From: Guillardia theta CCMP2712
Taxonomy: Eukaryota; Protista; Cryptophyta
Length of the DNA stretch: 64,000 bases
Assembly: GCF_000315625.1 (NCBI RefSeq)
Contig: NW_005434642.1
Span: 65,080-129,079, forward strand
Reading direction: 5' to 3'
The position numbers were made by a program, and so were the translations under genes. Of the stretch, positions 26,810 to 39,348 are shown one piece after another; position 1 is the first letter of the stretch; every line of letters begins with the position of its first letter. The notes under the pieces were generated by a model that had not been told where the DNA came from, did no database searches, and saw only the letters and a program-made list of their open reading frames with translations.

Positions 26810-28331
26810 TCATCGCCGACGCTGAGACGTCACTGAAGGCTTTTCTTCTTCCAAGTTGTCAATGAAAATGAATGGATTTGCTGTGAAGTAGTCCACCAAT
26901 CTTTGAAATCGCTTTGGCTTTGGCCCAGCGGTTTCCAGCTTGTACACCTTAATTCAGGTTAGGCACGATGTAACAGCGAAGCATGACAATGAATCACTTC
27001 AAGCATTTCGTTGAGGGCAAGATCAAAAGCAACTATTTTCCTTTCCTGTAGTTCTGCAGCGTACTATGGCAAAGTAGTCAAATTTCTTGGAAAGTGGCAG
27101 AGCAGAGGTACTCACAATCTCTTCAAGTAACTGTATTCGAGCACTTCGAGGCGCTATAAGTTTTCCCTGTTTCAAACAATTATTCAACCAGCCTGGTTCG
27201 AACGAAATAAATCAAATCTGCTGTTTCGAACCTCAACCCACTTCTTGCGTGCTGGCACTGCAAGTTCTTTGAAAATGGCGATGTCACTCATGGTCTCGAT
27301 GACCTCCCTTCAATCAAACAGATCATCAACAGCAATAGATATTCGCTAATTTCACCTTGCAGAGACTGCCCATCGTCCGAAGGCATAACCATCTTCACCG
27401 TCTTGATCAAACCTTTCTCCCTCCTTGAGCCATGCCTGGGCATTTCTGCTTTTGAGGACAGCAAAGCATAAGATCGCTTGTCACCTCTTCTAAACGTCTT
27501 TCCAGTTCGTATCGACTGCCTTTGATCCCAATCCTTCTGCTCTGCAGCTCCTGTATAACACAGTATCATTGGAACTAGATTGTGAACATGCCGGAAACTC
27601 AACCTCCCGGATCTCTTCCGTGGACATCTGACTGGGCAGTCGCGTGTGCTTCCCCGACATCAGCACACTTCCCTTCCTCTCGAGACTGTGCAAGATTTTG
27701 ATCTTGTGTGCCATTTCTGAGCGCGAAAGCTGAAGAGCATCATGTGAGGTTTCGACTTGTGCGTTACAAGCATACTTTAGCATCCCCCTTGCAGGATACT
27801 CCCCATTCTTCCAATTTACGAATTTGATCCTTGTTCCACAACTGTGACACAAAGTCATTCCAAGCATGGCAGAACAGATGGTTCCACTTGATTGTACCTC
27901 GTTGACCATCTTTTGCATCGACTTCTTGGTTGCATTATGCACGTCGACATGGGAGAGTGACTTGTCTTCTTCTTTGCGGCAAGAGAGTTCTACCCTTAAA
28001 GATTCTGACAAGTAGGAGTGTAACAATTATCGCAGACATGCTTATCAAGAGCGTCCATACCTTCATCCATGTGTTTAGCGTCCAGATCTGCATTGGCAGC
28101 TACGGGTCTACGTCGTCTCGGCGGTGAGAAGGCATCGAACTCGTGCAAGATCGGCGCGCCGAACGAAAGTCTCTTCTTCTCTTTCTTTTCAGCGGACTTT
28201 GGTTTCTTCTGAGGAGTGAGCAAGGACAAGAACTTTGTTATCTTTCCAGGCTTCTTGCTCGGGGATTTCGACTTTGGCGGAGAAGGCGATGGGGATCGTT
28301 TCCTTTTCTTACCTTGACTGGATGGTGACAT
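26810..28331 (-). CDS. Basic nuclear protein with an RLSF (RVxF-like) motif and a SAP domain (multi-exon)
   Basis: Lys/Ser/Pro-rich N-terminus with KKRLSFGAPILHEFDAFSPP. Splicing yields MSTEEIREELQSRRIGIKGSRYELERRLEE (SAP consensus). Exons traced to TGA at 26810. Confidence 0.6.
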
Positions 28332-28365
28332 GTGTCCGCTAACCTGAATGAAAAACTAACGTTCA

Positions 28366-28410
28366 CACGTGTACAACAAGCACGTGTACAACAGGCACGT
28401 GTACAACAAG
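28366..28410. repeat. 15-bp direct repeat x3 (CACGTGTACAACA[A/G]G), each copy containing CACGTG
   Basis: Directly visible, 35-80 bp upstream of ATG 28331. Confidence 0.85.
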
Positions 28411-29225
28411 AATCTGTTTCATGCACTACATTTCTCGGATTAATTGGTGCAAACCTCGATCAGCGCATCAGATCTCTCACTGCCAACAAACTGGGATGCG
28501 AAAATTCAAATTCAAATGTCTCCGACACACCGTCCTCCTTGGCATCTCACTGTAAGGCCGTGCAGGTCCAGGAGATCACAACCAACCACCTCACACCTTC
28601 CCACATCCTCAATGAAGTTTCTTCATCGTCCTCAAATGCTCTTCCTATCCTATCGATGTGCTCTCGTGGGCATGCGGCATGGTCTAGGGAAGCTTGTCAT
28701 ACCGGTGGTAGGAAGGGTCACAGTACCGCTATGGTAGATAAATCACTAGTACAAAATAAGATCAACAATATGTACATGTAGATACAAATCAATAAATAAT
28801 AACTTTAGAATATGTTATAATTTGTGAATCGTGGTACAAGATCACTTTTATGTCCAGAAAAGAAATATTTAAAAAGTTTTTGTAAATCTGGTACAGGGGA
28901 TAACTTGTATGAAGGTCTAAATGCTGGTCTAAATGTGCTACTGTGAAAGCTGAGGCGGACCAACCAAAGATATAGAGCTAAACATGTGAATATATTTATT
29001 ATACTTTAAAAACAGTTATAAAGTCGATGGAACACCGGAAAGCTGTTGCGCAGCCAGCGCCATCTTCTCTTCATGCATGCAAGTTGTCTGATGCTTGCGT
29101 TTTGTATCCACCCCAGATCCCACTCACACCATCGCACACATTCATGTATGTTTCATCATTCTCGACTGCCTGAGACCCATATCACACCCCTTCTTCTCGA
29201 TTATGTACCTGCACACTTCACGTCG

Positions 29226-29478
29226 TCAGGCAATCAGACTTTTCTTTTGTGGATTATCATCTGTGACTTTCCTATATGAATTGTTGTTCTGATGCAAAAG
29301 CTATACTGCTCTTTTCCTTCCCTGTATGAGATACTTTCGCTTCCTCCGACGCATGTAGCCGTGTTGTTTGACAACCATGCATAGTTGATTGAATTTTTCT
29401 GTCCTGGCTTTGTCTTCTGTGTCATTTATCCCTTCATAAAGCCTTGTCTCACACGTTTGTCACCTTTCCTCCCGGCAT
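29226..29478 (-). CDS. Possible small spliced protein (MPGGK/KTKPGQKNSINYAWLSNN...)
   Basis: ATG followed by a clean GT-AG intron joining the 29234-29425 frame; downstream splicing uncertain. Confidence 0.25.
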
Positions 29479-29645
29479 TGCACTGTCGTGTGAACTAAGA
29501 TCGGATAAGAAGTGCGAACGGTAGTGAGTTACAGAAGCATGATGTAACGAAATGACAAAGTTCCATGGATCAGAATGAAAACAGCTCGAAAAGCACACAC
29601 GAACGCCTCACATACATACACCCTGATCATTTGGCATGAATATGA

Positions 29646-30440
<795 letters not shown>

Positions 30441-30555
30441 ATGTTTAATTCTTTCTTAGCGCATCCCCTCTGCGATGCGACGTGTATGTTTTATTCTAAC
30501 TTCGATCCGTGGTATCGAGATTATGGAAACTCATAGTCTGGGACCCCCTCGATTC

Positions 30556-33500
30556 TCATTCCATCTCATCTGCGATCAGCTCTTGCTCGTAAACTTGTCC
30601 ATACTGAAAGTCAAGACCCAGCTCCTTGCAGAATTTCTCCACCACAAACTTCTCCTGTGGCTCGCAGAGCACAATCGAGGTCCCCTCAGCCCCTCCTCTC
30701 GCCGTCCTCCCTGCTCGATGAACGTAGTGGTTCGCATCGGTGGGGAGGTCAAGGCTGACAACGTGGCTGAGGCCGGGGATATCGATCCCTCTCGCTGCGA
30801 TCTCAGTCGCCACCACCAGCGGCACCTCCCCGAGCGTCCCCTCGCGCAATCGTCGCATCACCTCCTTTCTGTCCTCCTTGGACTCATCGCCCTTGAGGGG
30901 GGCAGCGATCAGGCCGTTCTCGAAGAGCTTGTCGCAAATGATGTCTACCCTCCTCTGATCGTTGACGAAGACAAGCAGCCCTGTCATACCGTTGAGGTTG
31001 AAGATCTTCTTCACCAGCGCGATCTTCTTCACGCGGGGGGTCACAATTACACAATGTCTGAGCTGGGGGGGGAGCCGGAGCCCTGCAAGGTCCAGCAAGA
31101 GAGGCTCCTTCCTGAAGCTCGACTGCGCTAGCGACTTGACGTTGTTCACGTTGCCCGTGGCGCTGGCGAAGATGGTCTGACGGGCAGGAGAGGAGCAAGC
31201 TTGGAGGATCAGATTGAGGTCAGACTGCATGGCCTTCTTCAGGCACTGGTCCACCTCGTCCACGATGAGATACTTCACCCCCTGCAGTCTTATCTTGGCG
31301 CCCATCTTCGACGCGAGCTCAACGATGCGTCCTGGTGTGCCTACAAGGATGTGGGGCCGGCTGTTACGGATGGCCTCGATCTGGCGCTGAATGTTCGCTC
31401 CTCCGATAGCTTGAGTGGCGAACAGTTCTGTTCCAACGATCACTGACTGCACAACCCTGAGAATCTGGATGGCTAGCTCTCTGCTCGGAGCGACGATGAG
31501 GAAGGAGGGGCCCTTGCGGTCAAGGGAGTCGAGCTGTGCGAGGAGCTTCTGGACGATGGGGAGGACGAAGGCGAGAGTCTTTCCGCTGCCGGTGTAGGCG
31601 CTCAGAATGATGTCAGACCCCTCTAGGATCCTGGGGAAGGAAGACTTCTGCACAGGAGTTGGAGTGAAGAATCCGTTAGCGTTGAGGTTGTCAAGAAGAG
31701 CCTTTGAGGTCAACCCCAGCTCCTCGAACTGCGCGCGGGAGTTGGAGTTGTCGACAACAATCCGCTGCACGTTCGCCGTCGAGTCTTTCTCCTCCTTGGC
31801 CAGTAGCCCACGTGCCCGGAAGAACTCAATGTCTTCCTCGTCTAGCTCGTCCAGTCTCTCTTGGATCGGCTTCTCCTGGCGAGCAGGCGCCGGTTTCGCC
31901 TGCTATGTCAGGTGAGCAAATTGTTTTGTGCCGGGGAGGAGGAACAGGTGCAAAAGGATGCCGAGGGAGGAGGGAGGAGGGAGGAGGGAGGAGGGAGGAA
32001 GTGTTGGCGGGCAGAAAAGACAGCCATGGAAACATGACAAGGACGCACATCTTGCGGTCGATCTCTTGAAGCAGAAGCTTTCTGCGTGACGACGAAATCG
32101 TCGTTGGTTGTCTCAACGTTGGCAGAAGGAGGATTAGGAGCCTCCTTCACAACCTCGCTGAGCCTGACGCAGTTCAGCGATGTACCACAAGGACAAGTTA
32201 TGTTCGATCCTACCTTGCCTTCTTCCAAGCTTCAAATGAGTTTTCGACCTTCTCCATGCTTTCCTCCTGGAAAATGCTTCAAAGAAAGCCAGTAGGGTTA
32301 TCAATGAAAAAGATGCAAGAAAACGAAACAAAAATGATTGACAGGGAATGGACAATGACACAGAGCAGGGTTGTAAACAGAAACCAAAATCATCGCGGAA
32401 AATATTAGGAGTGTATCAAACAACTCACATCCTCCAGCTTAGACTGAAGAAGCGCAGGCACTGCTTTAATTCCATTGTATGAAGTCTCAGGCTTGTTCTT
32501 CGCCTTCTGCAGAGAAAGTCATGTCCTCGACAAGTGGGTGGTTACCTTGTACCCCCACCTTGGGCACATCAACTTCATTTTCAGCATCTTGCGACACTCT
32601 CTGCTCTGTTGGCTTCTCTTTCTTACGAGGCTGCACGATTCGAAAGAAAAGAAACATCACTATCTTTCTTTCATCATCGAACAAAGAAGACTGACGTTTA
32701 CATCACTCTTCTTCACTTCCAACGATGCACGCTCACTCCCTGCCTCTGGTTTGTCAACATCGTCCTGCTCGAACTCATCTTCATCGCTGTATTTCTTCTT
32801 GGAGATCTGCAAATATTGAATGTGAAACAAAGGTCATTGCTGTACTCGACAAAAGCTCAGTAGAGCAGACAAAGTTGCAGGTGGTGGGGGGAAAGGCAGA
32901 GGAGGAGTTGGAAGAAAGGACACTAGAGGAGGAGGAAGTGGGAAGGGAAGGTTATGAAGTGGCAAGCACAGGAAGGGCAAGAAATAAATGAGGTGCAAGT
33001 GATACTACTACCCTCACCTTTTCTGCCACAAGAGCCTCAACCTGATCTGCGTCCAAGTCCTGGCAAACCAACTGTAAGGTGCCTCCTCCATACCCCGAGT
33101 CAGAACCTTCAGCTCTTGTTTTCTCCTCCTCAGATAGGCTTCGAGCTTCGCCTGGCTGAATCCATCATCCATCATCTAGCAAGAAGCCTCAGATGTCAGC
33201 GAGCAAGGATGGAAGGCTGTCTTCCTTGCCTTTTTCTTCTCCTGTTGCATCGCCTCCTTCCTAACATCTTTGCGGATCTCGTCGAAGAGGCCCTTGGGTT
33301 TCGGTTTCGTCTTAAAGACTCGTCCTTTCTTCGGATCCTCCCCGGGTCTTCTGCCTGCAAGGGCCCGCACGCTACATACATGCTCCCGGACATGAAGCCG
33401 CACCAGGCTTCCGATGGAATTCTGGGAGAAGGCCATTCCTCCTGGTCGACCGCTTGCGTCATGAACTCTGAAGAAGGGGGAAGGAGAAGAGGCTGGTGAG

Positions 33501-33601
33501 GAGAGAGACGTCAGGGACAGAGGGAAGGAGGAGGAGGCTGGTGAGGTGGGGGCAAGAGCCGCCAACGTAGTAACTTGCAGCACCAAAAATCTCGCCAGCA
33601 T
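30556..33601 (-). CDS. DEAD-box RNA helicase (DEVD variant), probably plastid-targeted, with a long multi-exon N-terminal extension
   Basis: Core 30556-~31900 has PTPVQ, YTGSGKT, APSRELA, GTPGR, DEVD, SAT, ARGIDIP, HRAGRTAR. Upstream exons link plausibly to the signal/transit-like leader at 33601 (MLARFLVLQVTTLAALAP..., Ser-rich). The 5' linkage is less certain than the core. Confidence 0.85.
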
Positions 33602-33887
33602 GCCGGGCTAGGGGATTTGGCCGATTTTGGTGGGTGGGTGATTGATTGGGGGTAGGGGTGATCAAAGAAAGTCAAAGTAGAGCAGTTGTGGTACATTTAC
33701 ATGTATACAAATTGGAAATATTCGAGGTTGTATGCCACTGCCATCGAAATCTTTCTAAGGGGGGTGCATACTTGAAATGGGGTAGGGTACCGGTCGGTGG
33801 GGTGAAGGAGAGATCGGGGGCCGGAGGTTCAATGAAGAAATGCGACCGCGAGAGGGTAGATAAGGCGAGAGCAGAAGACGGCAGGGG

Positions 33888-33950
33888 GGGAGAGGAGGAG
33901 AGGAGGAGAGGAGGAGAGGAGGAGAGGAGGAGAGGAGGAGAGAGAGAGAA
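33888..33950. repeat. GA-rich simple repeat (GAGGAGAG-type)
   Basis: Directly visible. Confidence 0.8.
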
Positions 33951-34177
33951 GTTACGATGAGAGGATATCACCGGACAGGAAAAGGAGAGAAGATGTGGCG
34001 GTGTGCAATCTTGAACAAGTGTAAACTAACAACAGACCGGTCGGATACAAACATAGCTTTAAACTTTGCAAGGACGATTGAGGATCAGAAAGAGAAAAAT
34101 CAAGCATACTCAACTAGAATGAATTCAAAGATCAAACAAAAGGAGGTATTCCAAATGCAGAATCCATCATAGGAAGG

Positions 34178-35240
34178 TTATATCTGACCAGCACCAGGGG
34201 AGCTGAAGAAAAAAAAAGTAGATACAGCTTCACCAGCTAGTTCTTGAAGATGCGGCAGAGAAGTATGAGCTGTTTGTGCTAGTTTCCTTATGAGCTTGTT
34301 GCTCGTCGTGAGCTCGATCCTATCCGAGTATCCTCTCCTTGGTGTTTGATAGGGCATTGCCACTCAACCAGACGCAACGAGCATGGCAGGACATAATTGA
34401 GGTGTTGAAAACTGGACGTCAAACCGACGGCAGAATTGAAAACATATGATAGAAAGGCGGAGGAAGAAAACCCTTGAGATGAGAAATTCCATGTTGAACA
34501 AATGAACATTTGGGAGCAACTTTTAATACATTGCATCTCAACATTCTCTTCTTCTGAGATTTGCCTGATACTTCTCCGGATGAATTGATGCAGGCACTTC
34601 ATGAGATAAGCCATGCCTGTAAAACGTTTGCTTGATGCCCTATCAAATTTTGCTCCTTGCAGTTTCTTGAAAGCAGGTATCCCTTTTGCATGGTTGCCAA
34701 AGCGATACAGCTCCCATGCACTTCTGAAACAGTTTGCTTCTTGAGAAATTCGAATCGTTTTGAGATTCGCGTTGTGACTCGATGGACAGAAGTATCACGA
34801 GCAACTGACGAATCGCCATTGACACATTCTGTACTCACTCATTGACCTCCTGCTCACGTCTCCGAGGTTACGCTCCTGTTCATGGTGTCCCTCGCAACTG
34901 CTTCAGCATGCCCGTGATTGCGTCATGGTTGTCTGAAACCCAACCTTCCGTTTCACTTCATCTATTTGCAAAATGACCTCCAACAAACATTGGCTTCACT
35001 GTTCGTGATGAATTGCATGCTGACCTTGATCCTCTGCGTTTTTACCAGTGACTTTCATGCCATTACACATCATTGAAGCAATTTCGCCATCACAGGCTAC
35101 TTCGCGGTTTTTATTGACGGAAATGACACAAGGCAAACCGAAGCAAACGAAGTAGAAGAGGATAATCCCGACAAACTCGCATCGACAGAATACTAGAAAA
35201 AGGAGGAGGCAGCGAAAACCGCTACTCCAACCACGCAAGC
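34178..35240 (-). CDS. Possible multi-exon hypothetical protein
   Basis: Chain of short minus-strand ORFs with a hydrophobic 5' segment and intron-like spacers; no recognisable domain. Confidence 0.25.
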
Positions 35241-35666
35241 GACGGCATGCACGACAAGCAGGGGCCAGGACAAAGAGCAGAGCGAGGACGGCAAATGGTT
35301 TGATCTGAGGCAGGCTTAGTGGTGTGCAGGGCAGACCCTAACGATGCTTGTGTCCTGCATCTGTCAAACACTTGGCGGTAGGCCCGGAGAGTCTTTCTCA
35401 CCGCAATGCGCTCGAACGGTCCGACGGGTGTGGGGCGAGACTGAGAGCGGCGGATGAGAAGCTGCTGAAGGGAGCGAGGAGAGAGACTGAGAGCCTGACG
35501 GAGATCTTGATGAACGAGAGGGGAAGAGCCGGAGATTTTCTGAACAAGGTCCGGCAAGGACGATAGGTTGCATCCAAGGACATTCGTAACCGCCGCTGAC
35601 TTGCTTCGTCGTCGAGAGCATCACGATCAGAGTCCAGCGGGTTGAGTGAGACTTGAGCTGCAACAG

Positions 35667-36745
35667 ATGATACCTCCCAACAAGTCGTTGGTGAAATATG
35701 ATAACCCGGTCCTCCTAGCCAACGCTAGCAAGTCGAAATCGTCTCAGGCCAAGTCTGATGCGGCGGGGTCTCCATCAAAGAACGAGAAGTCGCACTCGCT
35801 GTATCAGCCGGAAGAGATTCTGAATGCAATCATTCCTCCCAGGTGTTCATCACTCAGCACCCAGACATTGGTTGTTGCCCACGTAACATGAAATGCAGGG
35901 AATGGAACGAAGGCGGTCAAGTATGGGTTCAACATGTGTCAAGTTCGCCTGCTACGCGTCTGGATGTTGTCAACTTGCAGGTGAGTAGAGGCCAGGAGTG
36001 TCGTTGGATGTTGGATGATGCCGTGCAGGAATTGTTGGATAACAAGCTGCAACAACGAAAAGCGCGAGAGACGGGGATCTGTCCTGTGCGAGAAGAGCTG
36101 TACAAGGAGACTTTCGATGAGATCATCCGACAGGTTGGTCGACGAGCAGAGAAGGGGGAAGGAGGAGAGGACCTGACGATCTCTCAGGTGACGGTCAACT
36201 GCGCCGAGCGAGGGCTGCTGATGATCAGAGTGCGAGATGAGATTCAGATGACTCGGTCGGCCTATCAGACTCTTTACGAAAGCAGGTTTCTCGAGTTGCT
36301 GTTGGAGAGGCGTCTGCGTGACATGTGGTACCAGCATTGCTTTTGGCATCCGAAAGGTCCTGCAAGCCAAGCAGAATCGAACTGCGATGAGGAGGACGAT
36401 AGAGCGGCTCTTGGAGAATAACGAGACCCTCCGAGAAGAGATCAGCATGCTCAAGGTTCTTTCGGCTTCAAGAATACTTGCCTGCACTCTCACAATTTAC
36501 TGTGCGGCCGCAGCAAAAAGCGACATCGATCGAGAAGAACTCTAACAAGCTAAGAGAGGTAAAGAGCGCCTGGTGTGAGGCTTGACCTGACGCTCCTGCA
36601 GCAAGAGAAAGGCAAACATCTTGATGAGGTCGCAGCGCTCAAGTCGGAATACTCCGATCGCAAGAAGCAACTAGAGATACAGATCGGCCTCGTGCAAGCT
36701 CCTCCAGCTGCTGACAGCAAGAAGCAGAGCGACGAGACCAAGTGA
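35667..36745 (+). CDS. DNALI1: Inner dynein arm light intermediate chain p28 (multi-exon)
   Basis: MIPP..SLVKYDNPVL, EEILNAIIPPREW, VSSSPATRLDVVNLQ, ARETGICPVREELY, ERGLLMIRVRDE, YQTLYESSIAFGIRK. Confidence 0.95.
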
Positions 36746-36968
36746 GGGCTCTCCTCTGAGATGTACATCCATCGGATTCGAGCTTGCCGATTTCAAAATC
36801 GAACAACGAAAGAAGTAAATAAACTTGAAATGCAAACATGTCCGCCTCTCGATGTCCTTCTGAGACCTGATTGAACAACCGAAGTTGTCCAGAATGTCTT
36901 GTGGCGGGATACAGGAACATCAATCTGACGGGTGCACAGGCTTCAAAATCAGTGAAGTAACGGATCCG

Positions 36969-37658
36969 CTAGTCTTCCCTTTCTATTGAGATGCGTTGCC
37001 TGACCTTCATCAGGCTCTCTCCTAGAACATTCAAGCATCCAGTCTTCCAGTTCTTGGGGTCTCTCGCTAGATCCTCGCCAACTCCAACACCCCAGACTGC
37101 ATCGTCGGGTGATGCTTCGGCTAGATGAAGCTCGTTGGTGCATAGAAGAACTTCTTTGAGAAGCTTCGAGCTGGTGAACTTGGAGTAGAGCAGCTGCACT
37201 GCTATAAAGTCTCTGACGGACCCCCACGCGGTAGGGTTGAAGTCTTTCACTGATCGACCCAACTGCTTGCACTTCCTGGGGTTCCCGCTGTTTGCGAGGA
37301 TTTGCTTTGCCAAATCGTGGTTTTGATCCTTGATCCTCTGCGACGAAGAGCTCTTGTATGCCTCCACTCCAGCCCTCGCAAACATCCCTTGCTCGCCATT
37401 CCACGGCAATATTGACTGCATGCCGAAGAGATCCGCTTTGGCGAGCATGATGCCGGCCTCGGAAGTCTGAAGTTGCACACCCTCGAACTGGAAGGGCTCG
37501 GCATGCACGTAGAAGTTACTGAAGGAGCCGAAGGGGATGGAGGGAGAGCTGTCGTAGAAGGGAAGGATGCATGCTCTGTCCCCCATCCACTGGACGGACA
37601 TGCGGCCATGCCGAGGGTGGTGGATCACTACATAGGGCTCGCGCTCCTGCTGCGCCAT
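36969..37658 (-). CDS. NADAR (YbiA-like) family N-glycosidase
   Basis: FSNFY, TSE..M.AKA.LF, P.KCKQLGRSV..F, KF, LL.T...LAEASPDDAVWGVG, N.LGESLMKVR. Confidence 0.88.
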   Translation of the reverse strand: MAQQEREPYVVIHHPRHGRMSVQWMGDRACILPFYDSSPSIPFGSFSNFYVHAEPFQFEGVQLQTSEAGIMLAKADLFGMQSILPWNGEQGMFARAGVEAYKSSSSQRIKDQNHDLAKQILANSGNPRKCKQLGRSVKDFNPTAWGSVRDFIAVQLLYSKFTSSKLLKEVLLCTNELHLAEASPDDAVWGVGVGEDLARDPKNWKTGCLNVLGESLMKVRQRISIERED

Positions 37659-37927
37659 TGCGACCGCAGGGGTATCATTGCATGCCCGCCTCAGAGGCCT
37701 TGGGTTATGCAGATGACGCGATCGGGCTGCGGGCGAGATGGAGGAGGAGGGAAGGAGAAGCGAATGCTGGGGTGATGGAGAGCCTTGATCTCGAAGAAGA
37801 CATATGCCACTGATCTGATTCAACATGAAACCCTTCCTCTCTCTCAATGCTCCCCTCCTCGTGCTTGCTCTGCTCATAGCCTGCCACATACGCGGCGGCT
37901 CTAGCAGGAGAGTGAGTGAGGTGCGCA

Positions 37928-38965
37928 ATGTCGATGCCATGGAGCCATCGGAGTCTGAGAAGGTCGAGCCTCTTCTACTATGTGATAGAAAAGTTGTCTG
38001 ATTCATTCTCTGTCAAGATCTCGTACGCTGCTCAGCAAGCCGCCGCTGCAAACGTCGCCAAAGGATCATGGCAGCCGAAGCAGGTTCTCCTTCACGAGAA
38101 GCTTGTGTTGTCTTCCTCCCCCCTCCCCCTCCACTCTTTGCTCTCTCCCTCTCCCTCCTTTCCTCTCTTGTCCTTATGACTAGACTGATAGACCTCTGGG
38201 CAGACGAGGTTCTCGGAGAGGATCGAGGGACCCCCTCCCTCTCGCTGCGTCAACGGGTGCGTCTCAAAATGTGTGCCTGAGTGCATGGGAAACCCGAACA
38301 CGGACAGCCTGTGCACTGAAGACTGTGAGAAGTAGGACAAGCACAGCTGAGCTCCGTCCTCTTGCGGCTGACAGGTTGCTTCCAGGTACTGCAAGAGGGA
38401 TTGCATGCTCCGACCCAACTCCGAGTACCCAGGAGCAGAGAAGAAGGTCAAAGTCAAGTTTCTCCCACCCATACAACTCATGAGCTCCAGCAACGGTGAC
38501 ATAGATCCATGCTCTCCTTGTGACTCCCCCGCTCACCACAACTTCCTCCTCAGCTGTCCTCCCACATCAATCGCCCAAGATGGACAGCTTGGCGCTGGGC
38601 CCAACCGAGTGCGAGCCTCACTGCAACTTTGAGTGCAACACTGAGTGTGAGAGGAAGTACGAGTTTCCATGGAAGGTTGTAGACATCCACTCTCCTCCCT
38701 CCCTCCCTCCCTCCCTCCCTCGCCTCCTCCCTCCCTCCCTTCTCACTCCCTCGCCTCCTCCCCACCCTCCCCTCACTTCATCGCTCGCTTCCTCTGACGC
38801 AGTTCCCCTCCTCAGTGCCCAGCAGAGTGCAAGAGAGACTGTGCGGACTACTGCAAGCCTCTCACCACCGGCCGGTTGAACAATGGCGAGTCACTTCACC
38901 GTTGCGTGCGTTCTCTGAAGGCTGAGCAGGAGACAAGCTCGTGCGAGAGGATGAGGACAGTCTGA
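37928..38965 (+). CDS. Possible small Cys-rich hypothetical protein (multi-exon)
   Basis: Exon-like fragments with CxxxC spacing: LCTEDCEK, YCKRDC, ECEPHCNFECNTEC, CPAECKRDCADYC; exact splicing unresolved. Confidence 0.35.
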
Positions 38966-39348
38966 GGCGGGTCCTCAGGTCGACAGAACGGCAGCTTCCC
39001 CCCAAGCTTGTGGTGCCATCAGGGAATATTGCTCTCCGATGGCTCTCGGGTATGTTGACTGCCATTGGGAGTGACACAACTCACATACTTGTCAGTCACA
39101 TTCACGGTTTTGTGTTTGCTGACCATTCTTCTTATTCTTTATCGGTTGTACGGTATCGCTCCCTCCTCTCTTCTCACCAACACAACACCTGACAACCAGC
39201 AAACAGGAGGGAAAACTTATGTAGCAATGTATTCTAAAGACAAAGCATGAAGTCAGTGAGTCTTATTAGTGATGCTTACAGTACAATAACAGCGTGCCAG
39301 GAACTAAAGATTTTTCACGACCTTCGAGTCCATGAAATTTCAACCTTT

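Noticed and set aside
37659-38006. N-terminal 116 aa of the 345-aa NADAR ORF
   Set aside because: Low-complexity, overlaps the divergent neighbouring locus, and lacks family motifs; ATG 37658 is preferred.
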